Positions 50,464 through 61,437 are shown, numbered from the stretch's first letter. The stretch is DNA of 64,000 bases from Nitrospirales bacterium (GCA_963555755.3 OY820905.2:1248001-1312000); one strand, 5' to 3'. Numbers and translations are program-made. Notes: generated from the letters alone by a model not told the origin.

Positions 50464-51105
50464 TTACAAAGGAGGGGAGTGAAAACCGCCAGAAGTCACC
50501 CACACGATTTGGAGAAGAGCCCATTTTAAATTACCGAGTTCTTTGTGGTAGATTTTTAATGAGTAAGTCTGTCCTCACGAAAGTATCAAGAGGGGTATCC
50601 ACTCACAAAGCCCGAAAACTTAGATTCCCGCGTGGAGACCAATCGGCTTTCTTGCCTAACACAGCGCCGCGGGAATGACACGGCTTTTGTTTTGGCAAGC
50701 TACTGATTTGTTCAGCAGTTCAAATTGGGGCAGCTGCGGAATGAATGTATCAGGGAAATCTTCTTCACCCTAAGACACTGCCCTGCAGTCCTCCGTGTGT
50801 CATCCCCGCAATTTGTTAGCGGGGATCCAGGTTTTAGTTTCTTTTCTACTCGAGGGTGTGAATTTCGAAGCCCGGAACCCTGGATTCCCGTGTTCAAACC
50901 TTTAGGCAACTTATTCTTCCCCCATGCCGCGGGAATGGCACGGCTTTTGTTGATGTGCCACTGACTTGATCGGCAAACAGCTCGTGTGCTACCCGCTAAA
51001 AAGACTTAGAGCTTCAACATCTCAACACATGGTGCAATGGACGAGTCCTCTTCATGAAAAACTGGAGTCACCATCCTAGATTATGGGATACTGCTTTCCA
51101 CGGAG

Positions 51106-51762
51106 GTGCGGACAATGGAATACAACGAGAAAACTATACAAGCGAAACAAAAAATGGCGATGCATCGACGGGAGTTTTCGTGTCGCGAGGTGGATGAATA
51201 CTCTGATGATCCCCGACTTCCCCCGGGTCAACATATGGTGAACAACTGGCCTGTTCTGGATTTAGGATATAAACCTAAAATCTCGCTTGAGGACTGGCAA
51301 TTGACGGTAGATGGACTCGTCACTAATCCGATCACTTGGAACTGGGAGGAGTATCAAACTCAGCCCCAGCAGCCCTTTACGTCTGATTTCCATTGCGTGA
51401 CGTCTTGGAGTCAGTTTGACATGGAATGGTTGGGCGTGAGCTTTCGGCATGTGCTGAACGTGGTTCAACCCAAGCCAGAAGCCAAATATGTGCTTTTCGA
51501 GTCGTATGATGAGTACACGACCAACCTACCCCTGTCCGTCTGCGATGACGACGATGTGTTTCTGGTGCACACGTGGAATCATCGTCCGCTTTCCCGAGAT
51601 CACGGCGGCCCGGTTCGCATGATCATTCCTAAACGGTATGCCTGGAAAGGTGCCAAGTGGATCAAGAAAATCACCTTCGCGGAAAAAGATCAAAAAGGCT
51701 TTTGGGAAGTGCGTGGCTACTCCAACACCGCCTTGCCGTGGAAGGATGACCGGCATGGGTGA
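51106..51762 (+). CDS. Sulfite oxidase-like molybdopterin oxidoreductase (cytoplasmic, short form)
   Basis: LPPGQ..V..WPVL, DFHCVT.WS, HGGPVR..IP.RYAWK.AKW, GFWE..GY. Confidence 0.88.
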   Translation: MRTMEYNEKTIQAKQKMAMHRREFSCREVDEYSDDPRLPPGQHMVNNWPVLDLGYKPKISLEDWQLTVDGLVTNPITWNWEEYQTQPQQPFTSDFHCVTSWSQFDMEWLGVSFRHVLNVVQPKPEAKYVLFESYDEYTTNLPLSVCDDDDVFLVHTWNHRPLSRDHGGPVRMIIPKRYAWKGAKWIKKITFAEKDQKGFWEVRGYSNTALPWKDDRHG

Positions 51763-51899
51763 TTGAGATTCACTCAGCAAGACCGCAGAGTATGCAGAGG
51801 ATACAATAATTTGAAAATCCCCCTAACCCCCTTTTCCAAAGGGGGACCTCTATTGGGCAACCCGTAGAAGGCAATGGGGAAGAACACGTTCATTAATTG

Positions 51900-53009
51900 A
51901 TGACTCACCACGACCGTTCGACTATCACCAAGATTCAACTCTGGACTCTGGACATTCCCACCACCGACCCGTTTGTCGTCGCCACGGGCCAGTTGCGCAC
52001 TGCGCAGAATATCTTTGTACACATCACCCTTCAGGATGGATCGGTCGGCTATGGCGAAATCGCGCCGTTTACGGATTTAACCGGGGAGACGGTGGAAGGC
52101 AGTGTCACGACGGCTCAAACACTTGCCACCTCTTTGCTTGGAACCCCTGCTACACATTACCGGCGCTGCGCTCAACAGTTTCAGGAAATGGCCCCGGAAT
52201 TTCCTGCCGTACGATGCGGCATCGAAACCGCCTTGCTCGATGCCTTCTGCCGATCCGCCACTATTCCTCTTTGGGCCTTGTGGGGTGGCGCGGATGTGCG
52301 AGAGCGCGAAACGGATATCACGATTCCGATTACCGATCGCACTCGGACGTTGGCTCTCGCGAAAGAATGGTATGCGAAAGGCTTTCGCCTGTTCAAAATG
52401 AAAGTCGGGCATGACGTGGATGAAGACATTCGTCGCATCGAAATCATTCACCAACATTTTCCTGATGTCACATTTTTGGTTGATCCCAATCAGGGGTTTC
52501 GTCGTGACACCGCCACGACTTTTATTGAAGGCGTGAGAACAGTTGGCGGCACCATTGTTCTTTTGGAACAGCCTTTACCGAAAGATGATCTGGAAGGGTC
52601 CGCATGGTTGCGCCACACTTTTCACATTCCGATTGCGGCGGATGAGTCCGTACGAACGGTGGCTGATGCGCAACGCGTCATTCAGCATCAAGCCGCCGAT
52701 TTCATTAATTTAAAAATCACCAAGAGCGGGGTCATGGAGATCTTGGACATTGTGTCCGTAGCCAAAAGCTCTGACGTAAAGCTGATGATTGGTGGGATGG
52801 TAGAAACACGTGTGGCCATGGGATGTTCATTCGGTCTCGTGCTCGGGTTGGGCGGCATCGAATACGTGGACCTGGACACCCCACTGCTCCTGGCACGAGA
52901 TCCAGTGGAAGGTGGATTTGCCTACAAGGGCGCCTGGTTACAACCTTGGGCGGGATCCGGGTTGGATGTCAGTCTGACTCCCCCTGCACATTTGATTGTC
53001 ATCGAGTAA
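51900..53009 (+). CDS. Dipeptide epimerase (L-Ala-D/L-Glu epimerase, enolase superfamily)
   Basis: FKMKVG, VDPNQG, LEQP, ADES, NLKITKSG, DLDTP. Confidence 0.88.
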   Translation: MTHHDRSTITKIQLWTLDIPTTDPFVVATGQLRTAQNIFVHITLQDGSVGYGEIAPFTDLTGETVEGSVTTAQTLATSLLGTPATHYRRCAQQFQEMAPEFPAVRCGIETALLDAFCRSATIPLWALWGGADVRERETDITIPITDRTRTLALAKEWYAKGFRLFKMKVGHDVDEDIRRIEIIHQHFPDVTFLVDPNQGFRRDTATTFIEGVRTVGGTIVLLEQPLPKDDLEGSAWLRHTFHIPIAADESVRTVADAQRVIQHQAADFINLKITKSGVMEILDIVSVAKSSDVKLMIGGMVETRVAMGCSFGLVLGLGGIEYVDLDTPLLLARDPVEGGFAYKGAWLQPWAGSGLDVSLTPPAHLIVIE

Positions 53010-53250
53010 AATGGTTGTGAGAGAAGGGTGCCTGTTTGAACCAAGCTAGGAACTGCTTCGAGATTTGAGCACCTGCCATGTGTGACACGCCTCACAGCCG
53101 ACATGTGAGGATTTGACCTTGACGAAGAGGATACCAGGCTCTATGCTCCATCAGTTGTCACCCGCTGAACAGCCCTTCATGAGGTCAACTTCCACTGCTT
53201 ATGGCACCTCTGTTTCTTTACCTAATCGCCATCGACGATTGGCAACCTCG

Positions 53251-54156
53251 ATGCCACGCATGCACTACCTCAAAATTCTTATTCTGACACTGCTTCTTTT
53301 CTTACCTTGGGTCCCCACGAACCTCCCGTCTGTTCATGCTCAGACCACGCACGTCAACTCAAATGTCGATAACCCGGAAGCCGTGATCAGATTACTGGTT
53401 GAGGCCAATGCCAACAAAGACCTTGCAACCATGAAAAAATACATGGGAGGAGCCACACACGGCGTTGGCTATACCATCGGCGGGCGAAAGTTTGTGGGAT
53501 GGGAGGAATTGGCCAGTGCGATGGAAATGGAATTCCGTACTGTCGAACAATTAATTATTCCCATTACGGCGCTTCAGGTTTGGCAGCGAGAGAACATCGC
53601 ATGGTTTGCCATGGAATTGGATTACACGCGAGTGACCAAGGGCCAAAACGGCCTGACCACCACCGTGATTCCGTTGCGTGAAACCGGGGTCTTGGAACGA
53701 CGAGAGGGATCCTGGCAACTGGTCAATTGGCATGAAAGCCTACAAAAACCCATGGGAATCGCAACCCTCACCACAGAAAGGCCATCAACCGAATCCCTTT
53801 CCAAAGTGGCAACAAAAACACTGGATTTGAGCGGCGTTTGGGAAATTCAAGAAGAAGACAAATCCTATCAAGCCACACTCAACGCAGAAGGAAGCGGTTC
53901 ATACACTCAAGAACAGGGAGTGTTCACTACCACGCAAATCGATGGCCGGTTGTGGTCAGGAACCTGGGAACAAAAAGGCAACGATCGGGAAGGCGGGTTT
54001 GAAGTACTCCTCTCTGAAGACCATGCGACCGCCGAAGGAGTGTGGTGGTACACGCGTGTCGAAGAACACAAAAACATCCCCCCTCGAATTTATGGCGGAA
54101 CGTACTTATTTACACGAATTGGTCCAGCCGAAACTCAAGAGACCCCGCAGGATTAG
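53251..54156 (+). CDS. Exported NTF2/SnoaL-like domain protein with a C-terminal beta domain
   Basis: Signal peptide; RETGVLERR.G.W.LV.WHES. Confidence 0.7.
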   Translation: MPRMHYLKILILTLLLFLPWVPTNLPSVHAQTTHVNSNVDNPEAVIRLLVEANANKDLATMKKYMGGATHGVGYTIGGRKFVGWEELASAMEMEFRTVEQLIIPITALQVWQRENIAWFAMELDYTRVTKGQNGLTTTVIPLRETGVLERREGSWQLVNWHESLQKPMGIATLTTERPSTESLSKVATKTLDLSGVWEIQEEDKSYQATLNAEGSGSYTQEQGVFTTTQIDGRLWSGTWEQKGNDREGGFEVLLSEDHATAEGVWWYTRVEEHKNIPPRIYGGTYLFTRIGPAETQETPQD

Positions 54157-54231
54157 TTCAACACACTACGTTATGAACACCAACACTGACTTACACAGAC
54201 AACGTACATTCTTTCGAGAAGGAGATCTTCA

Positions 54232-55230
54232 ATGCGTCACCTTATATTTGGGCTAGCATGCCTATTCCTCACAACAACCGTCGCTCTGGCGCATGAAAAG
54301 AGCCATCAACATCAGCAGGTCCCGACATTAGACAAAACCACGACCACGGTAACCATGGAAGAAGACAAAGTCACCATCACCTTTGGACCCATTGACCTCC
54401 CTGCTGGGCACGAAGGAGACCTCGCGGCAAGCATGCCCAGACATTTTTTCAACATGCCGGAACTCCGATATATGACCGGGTATAAAGCTGAAGTCTTTAC
54501 TATGGAAGACGGCCCGATGCCCAAAGAATATCTTCACCACCTCCTCCTCCTTGATATGGATGAACCCAGTATTTCTTGTCCTGGAGAACCCTTATTCATG
54601 GCTGGAGCCGGAATGGAAATGACGGACACGCGATTCCCCAGCGGCAATGGTGTGAGACTTGACCCTTCGCATAAACTCATGACCTTGGTGGCCTTTTATC
54701 ATAAGGTCCCACCAACGAAAAATGTGTATGCACGATTTACAATGTATCTGGCACCCAAAGGGGCCAAAATGGCGCCATTAGAGGTCTACCAAGTGGGAGT
54801 CAATGTCGTCTGCTTTAGTAAATTCGATCAACGACCCTCCAATCAAAGCGATGAAGGTATTAGCATCCAACCAGGCGTCCAAGTCAATACTGCGCCGCTT
54901 CGATTTTTGGTGGATGGTTGCGTGAAGTATGCCTACCCGCATAGCCACAACGGAGCATTGTTGGTTGCCTTGGAAAATCGAACCAGCAATAAAACTTTGC
55001 TTCGAACCGTGCCCAAAGTCACACAAGATGGAACGCTCATTGAATTTCCTCTTGATCAGGTCTATTCCGATGCCCAAGGTTTTTCGGTGAACACCAAAGA
55101 AGATTATGAAATGGTGCTGGTCCATCACCGACCACTTCAGCAAAAGTCCGAGGCCTGGGGCATGGGCAATTACCTGCTCTACATGACTCGCGGGGAATGC
55201 CAAACCCTCGCGAAAAACACCGCACCGTAA
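54232..55230 (+). CDS. Exported protein resembling copper type II (PHM/DBH-like) monooxygenases
   Basis: Signal peptide; YLHHLL, AFYH, PHSH, late Met (WGMG). Confidence 0.55.
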   Translation: MRHLIFGLACLFLTTTVALAHEKSHQHQQVPTLDKTTTTVTMEEDKVTITFGPIDLPAGHEGDLAASMPRHFFNMPELRYMTGYKAEVFTMEDGPMPKEYLHHLLLLDMDEPSISCPGEPLFMAGAGMEMTDTRFPSGNGVRLDPSHKLMTLVAFYHKVPPTKNVYARFTMYLAPKGAKMAPLEVYQVGVNVVCFSKFDQRPSNQSDEGISIQPGVQVNTAPLRFLVDGCVKYAYPHSHNGALLVALENRTSNKTLLRTVPKVTQDGTLIEFPLDQVYSDAQGFSVNTKEDYEMVLVHHRPLQQKSEAWGMGNYLLYMTRGECQTLAKNTAP

Positions 55231-55547
55231 GGGTTCGCGCAAGAATAACTTTCTCTGTTTGGGGGCTGAGACGCCTGTCTGGCAAGGCGCGAGGACTGCG
55301 CATACTCCTCGTATGGAAAGGACGAGCAACGCCGCCAGACGGGATGGATCGACGCCCAAACATGGGAAGTTATTTTTGCGCAAGCCCTAATGAAGAACAA
55401 CTTCGTGATGCGTAAAGCGTAATGCGTGAGGAAGAAAGGACAACTATTTTTCTCCTACGTTTTACGCATCACGCATTATGCATCACATCCACCCGCATGT
55501 TTCCCCATTCCCTTGCAACAACCTGAGTCGCTGGTTAGGATAAGACC

Positions 55548-57116
55548 ATGATCCGCGACACAAGACCCACCGAGGTAACATCCATTTCACGTTCCATTTA
55601 CAAGAAAGGGATTATTGAGATTCTGCCTTTCTTATTGTTTCTTTTCGTCTTTCCACCGTTGGCCTTCAGCCAAAATCTGGAATCGTTTGAACAACGCGTC
55701 ACCGAACACACCTTGCAAAACGGGTGGACATTCATTTTGGTTGAACGGCCCGTCGCACCGGTCTTCGCCTTCATGACACGAGTGAATGTCGGGTCTGCGC
55801 AAGAGGGCGCCGGCGTGACCGGACTCGCGCATATGTTCGAACACATGGCCTTCAAAGGCACACCGAGACTCGGTACCAAGGACTACCCCAAGGAAAAAGT
55901 TGCACTAGAAAAACTTGAACAGGCCTATCTCGCCTACCAGGAAGCGCGCCTCGATGCTCAAGCCGACACCCAGCACGTCAAAGAACTCTTTACAACGTTT
56001 AAAGAAAAGCAACGAGCCGCTTCACAATTCGTAAAGAAAAATGAATTTGGTGATATTATCGAACGCGAAGGTGGCGTGGCGCTCAATGCCTTCACCAGCG
56101 CGGACGTGACCGGCTATTTCTATGCTTTGCCGTCGAATAAAATTGAATTGTTTGCCTATCTCGAATCCGAACGATTCTTGCAACCTGTGTTTCGTGAATT
56201 TTACGAAGAACGCGATGTGGTGATGGAAGAACGGCGTATGCGAACAGAAAGCCGTCCCATTGGCCGACTGTTAGAGCAGTTTACCGCCACATCGTTTACG
56301 GCCCATCCGTATCATCATCCCGTCATTGGCTACGCCAGCGACATTCAGTCCTATACGATGACCGACGCACGCGAGTTTTATGAAACCTATTACGTGCCCA
56401 CGAACATGGTCACGGCCATTGTCGGCGACATTCATCCCAAGACGCTGATCCCACTGTTGGAAAAGTATTTTGGACGAATTCCCTCGGCACCGAAATCGCC
56501 TTCACTTCGAACCGTCGAGCCGGCATCCACAGCAGAAAAAATCATTATACTCAAAGATCCGTCACAACCGTTTTACATCGAAGGGTATCACAAGGCTTCA
56601 ATCACCCATGCAGATCAGCCGGTTTTCGATGCGATCGATGATATCCTGACGAACGGCCGCACTTCACGTTTCTACCGTTCGCTCGTACGGGACAAAAAAA
56701 TTGCCATCTCCGCGGGCGCCTATGGTGCCTACCCTGGCGAAAAATATCCGCACCTGTGGGTGCCCTACGCCGTTCCAGCACGAGGCGTGGAAAACCAAAT
56801 GGTTCAGAAAGCGATTCGAGAAGAACTTGAACGACTCAAGACGGAAGACGTCACGGATGAAGAATTAGCCAAATTCCGCACCCGAGCCAAAGCCAGCTTA
56901 ATTTATTCATTAAAGAGCAATCTTGGCCTCGCCATGAGTTTGACCGACTATCAGACCCTGTTTGGTGATTGGCGAGAACTCTTCCGCTACATCGAACGGT
57001 TCGATACAGTCACCAAGGCTGACATTCGCCGAGTGGCCAATCACACGTTTAAGGCATCCAATCGAGTGGTCGCACAAATCGAAACCATCGCACCTCCAAC
57101 ACGTCAACCTGAATGA
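55548..57116 (+). CDS. M16 family zinc peptidase, catalytic subunit
   Basis: GLAHMFEHMAFKGT, NAFTS.D.T.Y, ER.VV.EERR. Confidence 0.92.
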   Translation: MIRDTRPTEVTSISRSIYKKGIIEILPFLLFLFVFPPLAFSQNLESFEQRVTEHTLQNGWTFILVERPVAPVFAFMTRVNVGSAQEGAGVTGLAHMFEHMAFKGTPRLGTKDYPKEKVALEKLEQAYLAYQEARLDAQADTQHVKELFTTFKEKQRAASQFVKKNEFGDIIEREGGVALNAFTSADVTGYFYALPSNKIELFAYLESERFLQPVFREFYEERDVVMEERRMRTESRPIGRLLEQFTATSFTAHPYHHPVIGYASDIQSYTMTDAREFYETYYVPTNMVTAIVGDIHPKTLIPLLEKYFGRIPSAPKSPSLRTVEPASTAEKIIILKDPSQPFYIEGYHKASITHADQPVFDAIDDILTNGRTSRFYRSLVRDKKIAISAGAYGAYPGEKYPHLWVPYAVPARGVENQMVQKAIREELERLKTEDVTDEELAKFRTRAKASLIYSLKSNLGLAMSLTDYQTLFGDWRELFRYIERFDTVTKADIRRVANHTFKASNRVVAQIETIAPPTRQPE

Positions 57117-57126
57117 ACACATTAAT

Positions 57127-58602
57127 ATGACTTCCCGAACAACGTATTCCAGAGGAACGGCAACGCCCCACACCCACATACTGGCTCACGCGCTTGTGGT
57201 GTTCGCGACCTGCCTTCTAGCCACTCCGGGGTGGACCCAAGTCGAGCGAGTCGAGCAACTCAGCTTTCCGCCACTACCCGAAATCATCATCCCCGAACCC
57301 ACGCGAGTGGTGTTGGATAATGGTCTCCTAGTCCTTCTGTTAGAAGATCATGAATTACCGATCGTGTCGGTTTCAGCCAGAATTCGAACAGGATCTCGCC
57401 TCGAGCCTAAGGATAAAATCGGGCTGACTGGATTGACCGGAACCGTGATGCGCAGTGGTGGCACCACCACGCTGGCCGGCGACAAGTTGGATGATTATTT
57501 AGAAGGCAAAGCCGCGTCCATTGAAACCGGTATTGGCACCACCGTAGGCACCGCCTCAATGAGTAGCCTGATCGAAGACTTCGAAGAAGTGTTCAAGGTC
57601 TTTGTCGATGTTCTCAGGCATCCAAGCTTCGCTCCTGAAAAATTGGCGATTGCGAAAAACCAGGTCATGTCGGGGATCGCCCGACAGAATGATAACCCGA
57701 ATGGCATTGTGTCACGAGAGTTTGCCAAACTCGTGTATGGAACACACTCTCCTTATGCCTCCCAGGAAACGTATGCCACGGTTGGAAACATTACTCGTGA
57801 CGATCTCATCGCCTGGCATAAAAAATATTATCACCCGAATCGAATGATTCTCGGTCTCGTTGGAGATTTCAACACGAAAGAGGCACTGGCCCTCGTCAAA
57901 CGGGTGTTTGGGGAATGGCCGAAAGGTCCGAAATTTTCCGACCCCGAAGTACCCTTTCAACAATCCACAACACGCGGCGTCTACTATGTTGAAAAGAACG
58001 ACATGACGCAGGCCAAAATCATCATTGGCCACATGGGACTCATTCGAAAGCATCCGGACTATCATCCGGTTGTCATCACGAATCAAATTTTATCCGGGTC
58101 TTTTGGGGCACGACTGTTTTCCAGCATCCGATCCAAGAAAGGCTTGGCCTACGATGTCCATGGAGGGGTGGGGTTTGGGTGGGATTATCCGGCCACCGCA
58201 AATTTCTCGATGTCCACCAAAACCGAAACCACGCAGGCGGGAATTGATGCACTCATCGAAGAAGCCCATAAAATTATGAAGACCGAACCGCCGACCGATG
58301 AAGAAGTGCAAAACGCCAAATCCAGCCTCTTAAACTCCTTTGTCTTTTCTGTGGATTCCCCAGGCAAAGTCCTAGGGAAATTCCTCACCTACGAATACTA
58401 TGGCTACCCCTCGGATTGGATGACTCGGTTTCGCAATGGCATTGAACGTGTCACCACGGAGCAAGTCCGACGGGCCGCGCAACTACATATTAAGCCAGAT
58501 CAATTTGTGATCTTGGTGGTCGGCCCTCGCAAAGGAACCGCCCCGGCACTCGCTCGTTACGACCATGTTCATGAGCTCGACATTTCCATTCCAGAGTCGT
58601 AA
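57127..58602 (+). CDS. M16 family peptidase-like partner subunit (no HxxEH)
   Basis: LDNGL.V...EDHELP.V, RLF..IR.KKGLAY. Confidence 0.88.
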   Translation: MTSRTTYSRGTATPHTHILAHALVVFATCLLATPGWTQVERVEQLSFPPLPEIIIPEPTRVVLDNGLLVLLLEDHELPIVSVSARIRTGSRLEPKDKIGLTGLTGTVMRSGGTTTLAGDKLDDYLEGKAASIETGIGTTVGTASMSSLIEDFEEVFKVFVDVLRHPSFAPEKLAIAKNQVMSGIARQNDNPNGIVSREFAKLVYGTHSPYASQETYATVGNITRDDLIAWHKKYYHPNRMILGLVGDFNTKEALALVKRVFGEWPKGPKFSDPEVPFQQSTTRGVYYVEKNDMTQAKIIIGHMGLIRKHPDYHPVVITNQILSGSFGARLFSSIRSKKGLAYDVHGGVGFGWDYPATANFSMSTKTETTQAGIDALIEEAHKIMKTEPPTDEEVQNAKSSLLNSFVFSVDSPGKVLGKFLTYEYYGYPSDWMTRFRNGIERVTTEQVRRAAQLHIKPDQFVILVVGPRKGTAPALARYDHVHELDISIPES

Positions 58603-58653
58603 GTTTTTTATTACAACTGCCACCTAATTTTCCTCAAGTGGTTTAACTTAAAA

Positions 58654-59541
58654 ATGCGACGGTACCCTATCTTCTCAATATGTATTCTATCGACTCTCCT
58701 CTTAGGATTCGTCGGATGTACAAGTAACCCATACACCAACCGTTCTCAACTCCTGTTAAGTTCGGAAGGGCAAGAAATGCAAATGGGCGAACAAGCCTAT
58801 GCTGAGATTCTCAAAGATCCCAAAATCGTTATTTCAACAAATCCTGCTGAAGTCGATCCGGTTCAACGGGTCGCAAAACGGATTATTGCTGCAGCCAAGC
58901 AATCTAAATTTGCTAATCTGGCAAAAAAATTCTCTTGGGATGTCCAAGTCATCAAGGATGACAAAATGAAAAATGCCTGGGCCTTACCTGGTGGAAAAAT
59001 GGCTGTCTACACGGGCATATTCCCGGAAGCGAAAAACGAAAATGGATTGGCTGCCATTATGGGACATGAGGTGGTCCATGCTTTAGCTCGACATGGGGCT
59101 GAACGACAAAGTCAAGTTCAACTTGGTCAACTTGCACTCATTGGGGCGGCAATAGGGTTAGAAGTAAAAAAAACCAGTGATAATAAAAAACGGGCCATGA
59201 TGGCCGCCTTAGGTGTAGGGCTTCAAGTAGGACTACTACTACCCTATAGCCGAACTCATGAATCAGAGGCGGATTATATCGGGCTATTGCTCGCTGCCGA
59301 GGCCGGATATGATCCACGAGAATCCGTGCAACTCTGGCAACGCATGGCGCAATCATCCCAAGGTGCACCACCGGAGTTTCTTTCCACTCATCCCGCGAAT
59401 GAAACACGCATTTCTGACCTTCAAAAATGGATGCCCGAAGCCATGGACATCTTCGAACGTTCAAACAAAGCCTCAGTGTCGGCACTTCCAAAAATCACTC
59501 CGCCTCCCCCGAAGAAAAAGCCTGCCCAACAAAAACAATAG
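58654..59541 (+). CDS. M48 family metallopeptidase lipoprotein
   Basis: VGC lipobox; NAWALPGGK, HEVVH, ESEAD, FLSTHP. Confidence 0.92.
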   Translation: MRRYPIFSICILSTLLLGFVGCTSNPYTNRSQLLLSSEGQEMQMGEQAYAEILKDPKIVISTNPAEVDPVQRVAKRIIAAAKQSKFANLAKKFSWDVQVIKDDKMKNAWALPGGKMAVYTGIFPEAKNENGLAAIMGHEVVHALARHGAERQSQVQLGQLALIGAAIGLEVKKTSDNKKRAMMAALGVGLQVGLLLPYSRTHESEADYIGLLLAAEAGYDPRESVQLWQRMAQSSQGAPPEFLSTHPANETRISDLQKWMPEAMDIFERSNKASVSALPKITPPPPKKKPAQQKQ

Positions 59542-59564
59542 TCATTCCAAATACGTTTCATAAA

Positions 59565-59731
59565 CTCGAAATCCGAATATCGAAATACGAAACAAATCTG
59601 AAATACAAAACTCGAATGTTCCAAACAGGTCATTTGGGATTGTTGCGGGTTTCGAGATTCGAGTTTCGAAATTGGTCTTCTTATTTGATCATTCGAATTT
59701 GTTTCGGATTTCGATATTCGAGCTTCGGATT
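59565..59731. repeat. Inverted pair of degenerate heptamer arrays (cgaaatc-type); similar pair at 27187-27361
   Basis: ctcgaaatccgaatatcgaaatacgaaaca ... tgtttcggatttcgatattcgag. Confidence 0.8.
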
Positions 59732-59835
59732 TACTCTATGGTTCCCCCGCCATCAGCTGAGAAACCGGAAGTTTATTGAAATAGCTACAACCAACATTTG
59801 AGTTTGCGATTATTGGCCGCTATGCTCTGGAACCT

Positions 59836-60882
59836 ATGGCCTCCCAGCTTTTGATTCCCAAAGTTCATCTGCTATCCGCCTTTGTTCTGCTCACGCTTAC
59901 CGCGTGCGGTGGAAGCGGAGAAGCGGTGGTCGAGGTCGCACTACATCCTACCAAGCCCAACATCTTATACATCGCAACGAATGACTACATTTTTAAAACG
60001 CGCGACAAAGGCAAAACCTGGAAAAACGTATCCAAGGGCATGACCCATTCCCGTGTGATTTCGCTTGCGGTAGACCCTCTACTTCCAGCCAACGTTTATG
60101 CCGGGACCAAGGGCGATGCCGTCTTCAAAAGTTTTAGTGGCGGACAACAGTGGCGATCAAGAGGGACTGGGCTCGCAAGCATCACCATCACCTCTGTGGT
60201 GCATGAGTTGAAATTTGTTCCAGGATCCAGTCAGCATCTGTTTGCCGCCACATCGATGGGCGTATTCGAAACCGAAAACGGTGGCGATACGTGGATCAAA
60301 CGCATGGAGGGCATGATTGAAGTCCTCATGGTGGTAACGGTGGATGTGGATCCCAACCAACCTCAAACCTTGTATGCGGGAACAACCGGTGGGGTATACA
60401 AATCCATCGATGGCTCCAAGACATGGATAAAGGTCAACAGCGGACTCGTACCGCCAGATATCCTCAAATCTTCTCGGGCACTCAACGTCGTGAAAATCAA
60501 AATCGATCCGCATCACCCCGACACCGTGTACGCCGCTACATTGAAAGGGCTGTACAAAACCACTGATGGCGGAAACTTCTGGCAACGCATTGCCGAATCC
60601 CTCCCCGATCAATTTTTCAGCGACCTCGTCTTGGATTCGGCCCATCCCGATGTGTTGTATGTAGCCAGCCGCAAAGGCATCCACAAAAGCCTCGATGGAG
60701 GAGTAACCTGGCAAGTGATGAATGAAGGATTAACCAATCTGAATATCCGCGCCATGGCAATCAGCACCAAGAACCCACAAACCTTGTATGCCGGCACAAA
60801 CCTCGAAGGCCTCTTTCGCTCCCGAAACGGCGGCCAGTCCTGGGAACCGGTTCCGCTCAAACTATCCACACCACCAGCTTAG
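59836..60882 (+). CDS. BNR/YCF48-like beta-propeller lipoprotein
   Basis: LTAC lipobox; repeated S.DGG.TW (BNR) motifs. Confidence 0.85.
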   Translation: MASQLLIPKVHLLSAFVLLTLTACGGSGEAVVEVALHPTKPNILYIATNDYIFKTRDKGKTWKNVSKGMTHSRVISLAVDPLLPANVYAGTKGDAVFKSFSGGQQWRSRGTGLASITITSVVHELKFVPGSSQHLFAATSMGVFETENGGDTWIKRMEGMIEVLMVVTVDVDPNQPQTLYAGTTGGVYKSIDGSKTWIKVNSGLVPPDILKSSRALNVVKIKIDPHHPDTVYAATLKGLYKTTDGGNFWQRIAESLPDQFFSDLVLDSAHPDVLYVASRKGIHKSLDGGVTWQVMNEGLTNLNIRAMAISTKNPQTLYAGTNLEGLFRSRNGGQSWEPVPLKLSTPPA

Positions 60883-61158
60883 CCACACACAGGGACGCCA
60901 GATGGATGGGTAGCGGACAGTGCCATCTTTTTTTATCCTGATTTGCCCCTCTTTCGCACCTCCAACCTTGTCATTTCGAGTCCTACGAGAAATCTTTCCC
61001 TCAATAGAGGTTACACGCTTTAGATTTCTCACACACTCCCGTCCCTGCTCCATTGCAAAAGCTTCATAGGATCGTTAGTCTGTACATGACATTAACAGCA
61101 ACCACGATTTCTAATTAATCGAAAACATCCACATTGTCATTTTTCAAGGAGAACAACC

Positions 61159-61437
61159 ATGGCAAAAGCACGTGCCCGGCATATCTTGGTTTCGACCGAA
61201 GAAAACTGCAATGCCTTGAAAACCCAAATTGAAGGCGGTGCCGATTTTGCGGAGTTGGCCAAGGAGCATTCCTCCTGTCCTTCGGGGAAACAAGGTGGCG
61301 ACTTGGGCGAATTTGGTCCAGGCCAAATGGTGAAGGAATTTGATGCGGTGGTATTTCACGAGGAGCTGGGGAAAGTCCACGGCCCGGTGAAAACTCAGTT
61401 CGGGTACCATCTGTTGGAAATTACGAGCCGCTCATAG
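61159..61437 (+). CDS. ppiC: Parvulin-type peptidyl-prolyl isomerase
   Basis: ARHILV, F.ELAKEHS.CPSG..GGDLGEF, VKTQFGYH. Confidence 0.95.
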   Translation: MAKARARHILVSTEENCNALKTQIEGGADFAELAKEHSSCPSGKQGGDLGEFGPGQMVKEFDAVVFHEELGKVHGPVKTQFGYHLLEITSRS

